A stretch of DNA of 64,000 nt from an uncultured Oscillospiraceae bacterium. Lineage in GTDB: Bacteria; Bacillota; Clostridia; Oscillospirales; Oscillospiraceae. A program made the translations under genes and the position numbers. Position 1 is the first letter of the stretch, and the number at the start of each line of letters is the position of its first letter. Below, piece after piece: positions 36,751 through 45,371 of this stretch. The stretch spans positions 9,006 through 73,005 of the forward strand of contig CANQBC010000005.1 of the NCBI GenBank assembly GCA_947589225.1, in the 5' to 3' direction. Under the pieces are notes generated by a model. The model ran no database searches, was not told where the DNA came from, and saw nothing but the letters and a program-made list of their open reading frames with translations.

Positions 36751-37467
36751 ATGCTGAAAGAATTTGCCGAGTACCTTCAGAAGATGAAGGAGAACAAGAC
36801 ATATGAGATCGGGGGCCGCACATACTCAGATAACCCCCTTGTAGAGATCGAAGCGCCGGTGGACAGGCCGAAGGAGCTGGAGATAAACGGCCTTGACAGC
36901 TGCGTGGCGCTTATCCAGCGGGAGATCGGTAAGATAAGGAGCCTCCCGGTGTATGTCCGGGTGGTGAGCCCGCGTCTGGTCGAGGTGTTCACGGAGTGGG
37001 ACGAAAGATTTGAGCGGGACAGGCTGTACCGCGTCAGCTGTGATGCGCCGCAGTTTCTGCCGGGGTGGATGGACTACGAGTCGGCCATTATCAAACTGCG
37101 GAGCGGCTTTGTGGTGAACGAGGGGATCGATTACCTGCTGGACCTGCTGGGCTCCATCAAGCGGGATGACGGCGTGAATACGGAGGACAACGGCGTCTCC
37201 CAGATCGTCACCGCAACACAGGGGGTGAGCCTCAAGAGCTTTGTCGGCGTGAAGCCCCGTGTGGCGCTGGCACCCTACCGGACTTTCACCGAGGTCATGC
37301 AGCCGGTCAGCGAATTCCTGCTTCGACTGGACAACGACGGCCGGGTGGGTCTCTTCGAGGCGGACGGCGGGTTCTGGCGGTTGGAGGCAAAGAAGAATAT
37401 CGCTGATTACTTCGCCGGACAGCTCCAAAAGGAAATCAGTGACGGGGCCGTCGTGGTGATGGTATAA
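36751..37467 (+). CDS. Hypothetical phage protein (238 aa)
   Basis: Clean ORF after AGGAGGAAAAG. No recognisable family. Confidence 0.5.
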   Translation: MLKEFAEYLQKMKENKTYEIGGRTYSDNPLVEIEAPVDRPKELEINGLDSCVALIQREIGKIRSLPVYVRVVSPRLVEVFTEWDERFERDRLYRVSCDAPQFLPGWMDYESAIIKLRSGFVVNEGIDYLLDLLGSIKRDDGVNTEDNGVSQIVTATQGVSLKSFVGVKPRVALAPYRTFTEVMQPVSEFLLRLDNDGRVGLFEADGGFWRLEAKKNIADYFAGQLQKEISDGAVVVMV

Positions 37468-37583
37468 AAAATAGCCGCCGCGGCGGGAACCGTGGCGGCA
37501 AGGCGCTGGGGATATTGAATTGACACTTCTATTTTACCACTTTCCCGGCGCTTGTCAAGAAATACAATGAAAGGATGAAAAAA

Positions 37584-37949
37584 ATGACAGCGATAGAGCG
37601 GATAAATGCCGAGATGCAGAAAAAACCTGACGACAGGTACACGGAGATCGTGGGGCAGTACGTCATAGACAGGTGCGCCGCGCCTGAGGAAGAGAAGAAG
37701 GTCACGGAAGATAAGACGCTGAAGGGGGCGATGGAAGCCGTCTACGGGTTGGCCCAGAAAAAGAAGCAGGGGAATATGGCGGTACTCACGCCCGCAGATG
37801 TCTTTGGAGAGGTGGACAAATACTTTGGATTTACCACCGACGAGGCGGCCCAGTGGAAAGCTGTGGGACTGACGGCGCCGGCGGAGGAAGGGAAGTCGTC
37901 GGGTCACGGGACAACGAGGATGGCCCTGGATCTGGATAATTTGTGGTGA
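37584..37949 (+). CDS. PcfK-like protein
   Basis: About 120 aa, with the pattern ...YVIDRCA....KTLKGAMEAVYGLAQKKKQGNMAVLTPADVFGEVDKYFG. It lies immediately upstream of a PcfJ-like gene, which is the pairing seen on pCF10. The start was refined to the ATG 8 nt after AAAGGA. Confidence 0.5.
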   Translation: MTAIERINAEMQKKPDDRYTEIVGQYVIDRCAAPEEEKKVTEDKTLKGAMEAVYGLAQKKKQGNMAVLTPADVFGEVDKYFGFTTDEAAQWKAVGLTAPAEEGKSSGHGTTRMALDLDNLW

Positions 37950-37954
37950 GCGGG

Positions 37955-39943
37955 ATGAGGATACCGAAGGAGATCAGGCGGATGGCATGGCCAGAAAAGC
38001 CGGAAAAAATCCAGAACCGGGAAAGTATCAAGTTTTATGTAGCGGCGGAGATCATCAGCGCAGACGGAGCGGAATGGCTCATTGTGACCTTTGTCCCCAG
38101 TAAAGAGGGGCGGTGCGCATTTCGTTACGTCCTGTCAAAGGAGCGGGGATGGGCGGTGCTGCTGAACGCTGAAGGGACAGGCCCCCGGACAACGCCTCTC
38201 AGAGAAATGCTTCATGCCGAATGGTGCTGGCCGGACTATGGCTGGTTCCATGTGAAAGCAAAAAATCAGGATAAAGAGTCAATAGCCCGGTGGCTTGGGC
38301 TGAAATCTGTGAAAGCCGAGAAAAAGGAAGATCATTATTTGCTCGCGTTGGACGCATGGATGAGAGAGGACGCGGAAAAACGGCGGGAGGCACGGCGCAA
38401 AGCAAATGGCGAGATCGAGGACGGCGAGGAATACCTCTGTCCCGAGGAGTTCCCGGAGGGGATCGTGAACTATATACGCCGTACCGTACTGCCGGAGGAC
38501 GCCACGCTTCTGTATAAAAAGGGCGGCGTTCGGGGGCTCTGCTATATATGCGGGCATGAGGTCAGGGCTAAGCCGGGACAGAAATTCCGCAAGGGAGAAC
38601 AGGTCAAATGCCCGCATTGCGGAAGCACAGTCACCGCCGCGCTGGCCTACGGGGCGGGCTTCAGATCAGATTACGTGGAGAACATCGCCTCGATCTCAAA
38701 AGGCAAGGATGGAGAGACAGTCTTTGTGAGGCTTTGGCACCTCCGGCGGGACTATACAGCGAAGTGGGAGAACATTCCGGGACAGCTTCAGGAGATCACC
38801 AGATGGGCCATTCGCGGCAACAAGGTCGCCAAGTGGGAGCATGAACACAAATTTAACTGGGGAATGGCCTGCTACCGAGAGAGACTGAGAGGCTGGGAAA
38901 AGGTAGATACCCTGACTGAAATACTCGATTACACATACTATTTTTACCTCCCCTCTGACTGGAGGAGCGTTTTTGCCGGAACAGGGCTCCGGTATTGCGA
39001 GCCGGAACAATACCTCAGTCAGGAGAGACAGAGGACGACCGGCACGCTGAACCCCATTCGCTTTCTTTTGGACTGGGCACGGTATCCGGCCATTGAGCTC
39101 TTTTGGAAGGCGGGATACAGGGAGCTTGTGAACGGGCGGATGAGAAGCCACTGCTACACGAAAGAGGCCAATAGCAGTATCAACTGGCGCCGCAGGAGCA
39201 TAGGTGACGCCGTTCGGTTCCCGAAGAGGTACCTGAAGCTGATACCGCCTGAAGAGTGGTCCCTTACAAAGGCTGGATACATTGTGGACGTGATATCCAA
39301 GCTCGGGGAGCTGCCGGACAAAAACGCGCAGACAATTTTGCAAAGGGGCATAAGTGCGGAGTGCGTCAAGGACGCCGCGCAGCACTCTTCCCTGACAAAG
39401 GTTCTGAACTACCTGAAGCGGTGGGATCAGTTTATGTTCCGGGACTATATAAGCGAATGCCTGAAGCTCAAGCTTGATCTTAATGACCGGGCTGTGCTGT
39501 TTCCGAAAAACCTCCAGTCTGCCCATGAACGCACATCGGCTATGGTGGAATATGAGAATAATCCCAAACAATGGGATAATTTTGTGAAGCGCGCGAAAAA
39601 ACTGAAAAAATATGCGTGGAATATGGGTGGACTTATGATCCGCGCGGCGGAATATCCGACCGAATTAAAGGTCGAGGGGGCGGCGCTCGGGCACTGTGTT
39701 GCCGGATACGCGAAGGACGTGGCAAACGGAAAGACATCCATATTCTTTGTACGGCGCACTGCAGAGCCGGACAGGCCGTATTTTACTCTGGAATACAAAA
39801 ACGGCAGAGTCGCCCAGTGCAGGACAAACAGCAATGTAAGCTACGAGAGCTTCCCGGAGGTCAAGGCGTTTGTAGAAGCGTGGTGCGAATGGCTCGGGAA
39901 GTCCTTCAGGAACGGTTTAGCGGCCGGTGCACCGGCGGCGTGA
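37955..39943 (+). CDS. PcfJ-like protein with an internal zinc ribbon
   Basis: The C-terminal LKVEGAALGHCVAGYAKDVANGKTSIFFVRRTAEPDRPYFTLEYKNGRVAQCRTNSN matches the PcfJ signature (EG..L.HCV..Y). An upstream zinc ribbon reads CYICGHEV...CPHCGS. Confidence 0.6.
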   Translation: MRIPKEIRRMAWPEKPEKIQNRESIKFYVAAEIISADGAEWLIVTFVPSKEGRCAFRYVLSKERGWAVLLNAEGTGPRTTPLREMLHAEWCWPDYGWFHVKAKNQDKESIARWLGLKSVKAEKKEDHYLLALDAWMREDAEKRREARRKANGEIEDGEEYLCPEEFPEGIVNYIRRTVLPEDATLLYKKGGVRGLCYICGHEVRAKPGQKFRKGEQVKCPHCGSTVTAALAYGAGFRSDYVENIASISKGKDGETVFVRLWHLRRDYTAKWENIPGQLQEITRWAIRGNKVAKWEHEHKFNWGMACYRERLRGWEKVDTLTEILDYTYYFYLPSDWRSVFAGTGLRYCEPEQYLSQERQRTTGTLNPIRFLLDWARYPAIELFWKAGYRELVNGRMRSHCYTKEANSSINWRRRSIGDAVRFPKRYLKLIPPEEWSLTKAGYIVDVISKLGELPDKNAQTILQRGISAECVKDAAQHSSLTKVLNYLKRWDQFMFRDYISECLKLKLDLNDRAVLFPKNLQSAHERTSAMVEYENNPKQWDNFVKRAKKLKKYAWNMGGLMIRAAEYPTELKVEGAALGHCVAGYAKDVANGKTSIFFVRRTAEPDRPYFTLEYKNGRVAQCRTNSNVSYESFPEVKAFVEAWCEWLGKSFRNGLAAGAPAA

Positions 39944-39956
39944 AAGGAAGGTACAT

Positions 39957-40979
39957 ATGGAAAACAGTTTATCCACAACGGGGAGAGCAGGCGTCATTGA
40001 ACGCACACCGAACATGATCGCGGCGGAGATCCGGGCGTTGACGGGGCAGGTTCTGTCCGCGTTTCTCGAGATCGGGCGGCGGTTTGAGGAGGCGAAGGAG
40101 CTGCTTCCCCACGGGGAGTTCGGCGCCTGGGTCAGGGATCAGACAGGCTACTCCATGTCCACCGCCAACAACTGTATGAGGCTGTTCCGGGAGTACGGCG
40201 CGGATCAGGGGAGCCTTTTCGGGGCGTCGGCAAATTCCCAAACGATTGGGAATTTGGGGTACGCCAAGGCTCTGGCGCTCCTGGAGGTGCCGGCTGAGGA
40301 GCGGGAGGAATTCGCCCGGGACGTGGGAGCGGAGGATCTGTCCGTCCGGGAGCTGCGAGAGGCGATCCGGGAGCGGGACGAGAAGCTTGAGGAGGCCCAA
40401 AATACCGCCGAAGGGTATAGACAGAAGCTCCAATACAGCGAACAGACCGTTTCAAAAAAGAATGACGAATTGGCCCAGGCGGAGACGGAGCTGGAGAATC
40501 TGCGCGGACAATTGGAGGAACTGATGAACGCGCCGAAAGAGGTTGCCGTTCAGACTGTGGTTGACGAGGAGGCCGTCAAAAAGGCCGCCCAGGAGGCGCG
40601 GGCGGAGGCAGAGGCCGAGCTTCGGGCAAAAATTGAAAAGGCCGAAAAGGCGCGGGACAAGGCTTTGAAAGAAAAAAACGAAGCCGAGAAAAAGCTGGAA
40701 GCGGCAAAACTGGACAGGGACAGCGCCGAGTCTACGGCCAAAAAAGCCCAGGAGATTGCCAACCAGCAGCTTGCGGAGCTTCGGAAAAAGCTTGCTTTAG
40801 CCGACTCGCCGGAGAAAGTAAGCTTTCGGTTTTGGTTTGAACAGGGCCAGGCGTGTATCAACAATATGTTTGAGTGCATCGATAAGCTTCGGAATGCCGA
40901 AAAATCGGAGGACGCAGAAAAGCTTGCCGGTGCGCTGAGGGTATTCCTGGACAAAGCGAAGGAGGCGGTGGAAGTATGA
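39957..40979 (+). CDS. DUF3102-domain protein with a long C-terminal coiled coil
   Basis: IAAEIRALTGQVLSAFLEIGRRFEEAKELLPHGEFGAWVRDQTGYSMSTANNCMRLFREYG matches the DUF3102 pattern. The C-terminal half is E/K/A-rich. Confidence 0.6.
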   Translation: MENSLSTTGRAGVIERTPNMIAAEIRALTGQVLSAFLEIGRRFEEAKELLPHGEFGAWVRDQTGYSMSTANNCMRLFREYGADQGSLFGASANSQTIGNLGYAKALALLEVPAEEREEFARDVGAEDLSVRELREAIRERDEKLEEAQNTAEGYRQKLQYSEQTVSKKNDELAQAETELENLRGQLEELMNAPKEVAVQTVVDEEAVKKAAQEARAEAEAELRAKIEKAEKARDKALKEKNEAEKKLEAAKLDRDSAESTAKKAQEIANQQLAELRKKLALADSPEKVSFRFWFEQGQACINNMFECIDKLRNAEKSEDAEKLAGALRVFLDKAKEAVEV

Positions 40980-40984
40980 CCAGA

Positions 40985-41007
40985 AAAAAAGCCGCCCTTT
41001 TGGGCGG
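40985..41007 (-). terminator. Terminator for the small leftward gene pair
   Basis: The minus strand reads GCCGCCC-AAAA-GGGCGGC followed by TTTTTTT. Confidence 0.55.
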
Positions 41008-41016
41008 CCGGGGCCG

Positions 41017-41321
41017 TCACTTCTCCGTAATGGGTTTGGCCTTCTCTTTTGTACTCTTGGCTTTGCCCTGAAGCTCGGGGACCGGAGGAACCTCATTCCT
41101 CGGTTTGATATGCGTCCATTCCGGACGTTTCATACCCTTCTTCGCCACGGCGATCACCTCCGGAACGGTGTATCGCCGGATTCCCGGTGGGGAACGGCCC
41201 GGAGATCCTCAAGGTCGGCGGCGGGGATGTCGTTCTCAATGTTGTCGCGGGCAAGGTCATTGTCAATAACGGGATAAATTCCCGGCTGAATGGGGATTTC
41301 AAGATCCTTCCGTTTGTTCAT
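41017..41321 (-). pseudogene. Small leftward gene apparently split by a -1 frameshift
   Basis: MNKRKDLEIPIQPGIYPVIDNDLARDNIENDIPAADLEDLRAVPHRESGDTPFRR stops at 41154-41156. Another frame continues as EVIAVAKKGMKRPEWTHIKPRNEVPPVPELQGKAKSTKEKAKPITEK, ending at the 41017-41019 stop. The junction sits at TTCCGG (about 41160). Confidence 0.3.
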
Positions 41322-41340
41322 AAAAACACCTCTAACTGTG

Positions 41341-41514
41341 TCAGCCGTCGCCGCGGGTAAGATTTTGCGCGTAGTCCTTCAGACTCGCAAAGGAGTTGAC
41401 ACCGTCCGCCCGCGTGCTGATCTGATCCCTGACATAATCAGGGAGCGTGTCAAAATATTGCTTCGCCTTCGGCTCGCTCCGAAGCAGAGCAAATAAGTCG
41501 GGATAAGTTTTCAT
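41341..41514 (-). CDS. Small hypothetical protein (57 aa), not in the ORF track
   Basis: MKTYPDLFALLRSEPKAKQYFDTLPDYVRDQISTRADGVNSFASLKDYAQNLTRGDG. AGGAGG lies 8 nt upstream of the ATG at 41514. Confidence 0.4.
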   Translation of the reverse strand: MKTYPDLFALLRSEPKAKQYFDTLPDYVRDQISTRADGVNSFASLKDYAQNLTRGDG

Positions 41515-41669
41515 AGTCATTACCTCCTGTCGGTTCTATGGCTTACAGGTAGTATTTGAGCTGTCGCATCGTAATATGCGCCGAGTAGATAACTGACGAT
41601 TAAAATAAACGATTGAAAGGAGAGGCGGGAGCATGGGAATGAAGCGTTCCCGCCAAAGGAGGACGGGGT

Positions 41670-41861
41670 ATGTTGAAAGACGATGAGGACTTTCACAAAA
41701 AGCTTATGGATGGACGCTGCAAGGGGTGCGAGTACGGCCGTGGTGTTACTGCGGCGGGGTGGTCGTTTCTCGGGTGCTATCATGAGCCTTACAAAGGAAA
41801 GTGGGTAACGGAAATCAAGGACTGTCCGATGGGAGATGGGAAAGGAGACGTGAGAAGATGA
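41670..41861 (+). CDS. Small Cys-rich hypothetical protein
   Basis: CKGCEYG...GCYH...CPMG. ATGA stop/start overlap with the next gene. Confidence 0.4.
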   Translation: MLKDDEDFHKKLMDGRCKGCEYGRGVTAAGWSFLGCYHEPYKGKWVTEIKDCPMGDGKGDVRR

Positions 41862-42667
41862 GGATCCTTCCTATTTTGTTCAACACCGCTATGGTTCGGG
41901 CGCTCCTGGAGGAGCGGAAGTCGGCGACGCGGCGGGTGATCAAGCCGCAGCCGCCCATAGATTTTCGATACCCCCAAGCGGACGATCCCAAAAGCTGGTG
42001 GTGGACGGACAAAGATGGCGACGATGACATGATGGGATGGTGGCCGTCGTATGATAATGGCCTAATTCCGCCGTGTGAACCCGGAGATATTTTGTACGTC
42101 CGAGAGACGTGGTGTAACGTCAACAAGCCCGAATATGAGCCGGAATATTACTATTTCGCAGATACCAAGTACGTTGAGGACTACGATCCGCACGAGTGGA
42201 CATGGCGGCCCTCCATCCATATGCCGAAGGAGGCCGCGAGGATTTTCCTCCGGGTCAAAAGTGTGAGAGCGGAAAAGTTGCAGGAAAGCTTCTTCGCACC
42301 CATAAGCCCGATTTTTGAACTTCTGGCGGAGGGGATGGACATAGGCAACGACTGCCGCGATTGCATCGAAACATACGGAAATCCGTGTTGTGTCGATACT
42401 TTTGACGAAGATGGCTCCAACTTATACGGCGGGGACTGCGGGATACTTGACGAAGTCCGAGGAGAGTATTCCGATCTCTGGAACCGCCTCTATGCCAAGC
42501 CGATGCCCGTAAGGGAACACGGCAAGGTGGTCAGGTACGAAAGCTACCCGTGGGAGGATATCCGGGAAACAAAGACATACCGGGGCCTGCCCTGGCTCGT
42601 CATAGGCAACCCGTGGGTGTGGGTCATTGAGTTTGAGCGGGCGGGCAAGCCAGAGGATGAATTTTGA
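41858..42667 (+). CDS. Phage protein with an ASCH-like N-terminal motif
   Basis: MRILPILFNTAMVRALLEERKSATRRVIKPQP is the recurrent ILF.T.MV.A.L.G.K..TRR motif of ASCH-like phage proteins. AAAGGAGA RBS. The 41801 start in the track is rejected. Confidence 0.5.
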   Translation: MRILPILFNTAMVRALLEERKSATRRVIKPQPPIDFRYPQADDPKSWWWTDKDGDDDMMGWWPSYDNGLIPPCEPGDILYVRETWCNVNKPEYEPEYYYFADTKYVEDYDPHEWTWRPSIHMPKEAARIFLRVKSVRAEKLQESFFAPISPIFELLAEGMDIGNDCRDCIETYGNPCCVDTFDEDGSNLYGGDCGILDEVRGEYSDLWNRLYAKPMPVREHGKVVRYESYPWEDIRETKTYRGLPWLVIGNPWVWVIEFERAGKPEDEF

Positions 42668-42704
42668 GCCGCAGGGGCAGATGGTGATGTTTTGAGGTGT
42701 AAAA

Positions 42705-43139
42705 ATGAAACGTGAGATACTTTTTCGCGGGAAGCGGTTGGACAACGGCGAATGGGTATATGGAGCTATCATTTGTCAAGATGATCGGTACTTCATCAAT
42801 CCCCAAACTGACGGAATTGTTTATTGCAGTTCCGTAAAAGGCAAGTGGATTTTCGGCGACTATCTGGAGGTGGACCCCGCTACCGTCGGGCAGTACACAG
42901 GGATGACGGACAAGAACGGGAAGAAGATATTTGAGGGAGATGTAATAAAGGGACTTAGATACCACGATTATGGAAAATCGGGGGAGTATCAAGACGATGT
43001 TCGTATTGCCAAGTGGAGGGAAAAAGATGCTGGTTTTTACCCGTTTACCATGTTTGATGGATACACATATAATTTAAAACATTATGCGGTTATCGGCAAT
43101 ATCTACGACAACCCGGAGCTTTTGGAGGGGGAAAAATGA
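42705..43139 (+). CDS. YopX-family phage protein
   Basis: FRGKRLDNGEWVYG...VGQYTGMTDKNGKKIFEGD...GNIYDNPELLE are hallmarks of YopX. Confidence 0.75.
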   Translation: MKREILFRGKRLDNGEWVYGAIICQDDRYFINPQTDGIVYCSSVKGKWIFGDYLEVDPATVGQYTGMTDKNGKKIFEGDVIKGLRYHDYGKSGEYQDDVRIAKWREKDAGFYPFTMFDGYTYNLKHYAVIGNIYDNPELLEGEK

Positions 43140-44035
43140 AATACAAAGACCCAAAGACGGGGGAAGTGTTTGAATACACCAGAGACGCAATCAACGCTTA
43201 TTGTGGCAAGGAGTGTGATGATTGCCCCATCTCCATAGAAAACAATCAAAAACATCTCTTTTGCTTTGAATACGTTTCCAAGTTTCCGACCGAGGCCGCC
43301 CGACTGATGGGCTACGAGGTCATCGAGGATTCGTCAACCGAAATTGACGAAACACCAACCGATTCGACAACTACACTTGACGATACACAAACTGTAAGCG
43401 GTGACAGACCAACTGAGGAGGACAATAACATGGACAGACAGGACAAGCCCTTGAGCGAGTGGACGCTGGGGGAGGCAGTAGAATTTTGCCATAGAGAGGG
43501 TAGCTTTTGTACACAAGGTAAATTAGAATGCCCGTTTTTCCGCACCGTATGCCACGAACGGGTTGCCGACTGGGGCCTGCAAAAAGGGGTGAGGCCCCGT
43601 TCGGTCGAGCCGGAGGCCCCGAAAGCGAACACGGCGGACAAGCCCCGCCTGGCTGAGGTGCTGGGGGTGGAAGTGGGAGAGCGGTTCCGCGTTGGAGATG
43701 TTGGCTGTGATTTTTGGATTGAGGCGGACGGGTGGCCGCGCTCCGAATTGTTCGACAGGAACGCATCCGCAAAATGGGTCGTAAATGCTATCAACCACCC
43801 GGAGAGCATCATCCGTCTCCCGCTCCTCACGGAGCCAGAAATCGCCATCATGCGGGCGATGGGGGCAAAGTGGGTGAGCCGGGACAAAAACGGGACTTGT
43901 GCCAACCTGTGGGAGAGCGAGCCACATCTAACTGCGGATGGATACGCAAAAGCAAAAATGATAGCAAACGTATTTAGGGGGCGTTTCCCCAGCGTGAAGC
44001 CGGGGGACTGCTTTTGCGCGGAGGGGGATTGGTAA
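43136..44035 (+). CDS. Hypothetical phage protein (299 aa)
   Basis: Clean ORF overlapping the yopX stop. Cys cluster CGKECDDCP near the N-terminus. Confidence 0.45.
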   Translation: MKYKDPKTGEVFEYTRDAINAYCGKECDDCPISIENNQKHLFCFEYVSKFPTEAARLMGYEVIEDSSTEIDETPTDSTTTLDDTQTVSGDRPTEEDNNMDRQDKPLSEWTLGEAVEFCHREGSFCTQGKLECPFFRTVCHERVADWGLQKGVRPRSVEPEAPKANTADKPRLAEVLGVEVGERFRVGDVGCDFWIEADGWPRSELFDRNASAKWVVNAINHPESIIRLPLLTEPEIAIMRAMGAKWVSRDKNGTCANLWESEPHLTADGYAKAKMIANVFRGRFPSVKPGDCFCAEGDW

Positions 44036-44086
44036 CAATTCAGAAAAGGGGGCGGGAGGGTCTGGAGCCCTCCCCTACAGGGCGTA

Positions 44087-44368
44087 ATGAACATCTATTT
44101 AGAATCGGACAAGCCTTTGGAGGAATGGGGCAGATTTTTAGTCGAGACGATACATGAGCTTGATGGATTTAAGGTCAGGGGAGTGGCCGTTGTCGCTCTG
44201 CTCAGGCAGGACACAGACGAGGACTTTCAAGCTGTTACCGCATATCAAAACATGGCTTTGCAGGATAAACAGGAGGCGGTTTCCCTCATAGAGGCAGACG
44301 TAACTAAACAAATCCTCAAAGCCAATTTAAGAGATATGCTGGATGAATTGGAGGGCGAGGGCGGTTGA
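44087..44368 (+). CDS. Hypothetical phage protein (93 aa)
   Basis: ORF track. Followed by a strong hairpin. Confidence 0.4.
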   Translation: MNIYLESDKPLEEWGRFLVETIHELDGFKVRGVAVVALLRQDTDEDFQAVTAYQNMALQDKQEAVSLIEADVTKQILKANLRDMLDELEGEGG

Positions 44369-44377
44369 TCGCCGCCC

Positions 44378-44420
44378 CGTTCTCACGGGGGCCGGAACCT
44401 ATCCGGCCCCCGTGAGAACG
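44378..44420 (+). terminator. Strong 18-bp stem-loop ending the early operon
   Basis: CGTTCTCACGGGGGCCGG - AACCTAT - CCGGCCCCCGTGAGAACG. No T run follows. A TATAAT lies directly downstream at 44428-44433. Confidence 0.5.
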
Positions 44421-44561
44421 CTATACATTATAATATATAAGGGAGCCCCGCGCGATCGTCCGTTTGCGTGGGGAGGGAACGACCTCGCGCGCGTTCTTTG
44501 TTGGACTTGGTAAAGGCAGGGTTTAGGCCCATTTGATATTTTTCGAGGGGGAGGGGCGGCT

Positions 44562-45371
44562 TTGTACGAGACGGTATGGTACACGCGCAAAATAATTTGC
44601 CGCAATGGGATAGAGGAGCGGACGAAATATCCTGTCCGGCTGGAACCGGGGCAGAGGCCCAAGCGGGCGGCGGTGAGGACAGGGCGGAGCCTGGACGCCG
44701 CCGAGAAGCAATGTGCCCGCCTGCTCAACAACAACTTCACCGCCCACGAGGATCTCCACCTGGGCTTTGAGTACAGTGAGGCGGGGCTTGAGAGGCTTCG
44801 GGAGCGGGCGGGGAAGCTCCTGGAGAAATTCCCGGACATGGAGGAGCGGGACAGAATCTTTCTGGCCGCCCAGATCGAGGCGTCCAACTGGGCCAGAAGG
44901 GTGCAGAGGGAAATCGGCGGAGCGGGATCCTTCCGCTACGTGATAGTCACCTCCGACATGGACGGGGAGACGGGAGCGCCCGCGAGGATCCATCACCACA
45001 TTGTGATCGCCGGGGAGCTCCGGGACGTGGCGGCGCGGAAGTGGAAGAAGATGGGGTTTGTCAAGGAGCTGGAGCTTTACACGGTGAACATGGATTTCTC
45101 GGCTCTGGCAACGTATCTCATGCGGCAGGTCCGATACATACCAAACGTTAAGCGGTACACGCCCAGCCGGTGTCTCCAGCAGCCGGTCATGGAGGAGCCT
45201 GTGCGGGTGACGCGGTTTGCGGAGAGTGAGATGCGCCCTCCTGCGGGGTGCATTGTGCTGGCGCGGTCCAACTATGTGCGCGGGGCGGCTCAGTATATCC
45301 GCTACTACCGGCCCCCGGAGCGACGGAAGAAGGGGCCGGCGGCCGACAAAGCTGAAAGGAGAGCGATGTGA
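44562..45371 (+). CDS. Hypothetical protein with a HUH/relaxase-like histidine motif
   Basis: TTG start after GAGGGGGAGGGG. SDMDGETGAPARIHHHIVIAG (the HHH is encoded at 44991-44999) resembles the (H)xD...HxHuuu metal-binding motif of HUH endonucleases and relaxases. Tyr residues lie near the N-terminus (YETVWYTRK) and at ATYLMRQVRY. Confidence 0.35.
   Translation: MYETVWYTRKIICRNGIEERTKYPVRLEPGQRPKRAAVRTGRSLDAAEKQCARLLNNNFTAHEDLHLGFEYSEAGLERLRERAGKLLEKFPDMEERDRIFLAAQIEASNWARRVQREIGGAGSFRYVIVTSDMDGETGAPARIHHHIVIAGELRDVAARKWKKMGFVKELELYTVNMDFSALATYLMRQVRYIPNVKRYTPSRCLQQPVMEEPVRVTRFAESEMRPPAGCIVLARSNYVRGAAQYIRYYRPPERRKKGPAADKAERRAM

Noticed and set aside
41520-41783. An 87-aa minus-strand ORF, and ORF 41093-41302 (minus strand).
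   Set aside because: Neither has an RBS. One overlaps the promoter region and the start of the rightward Cys-rich gene, and the other overlaps the better-supported small leftward genes in a different frame.
44562-45371. The idea that the HHH-containing protein is the HNH endonuclease often found next to terminases of cos phages.
   Set aside because: There is no second His/Asn spacing and no CxxC zinc-finger pairs typical of HNH. The motif context (an Asp-rich stretch followed by HxH and hydrophobic residues) fits HUH-type proteins better, although that too is unverified.
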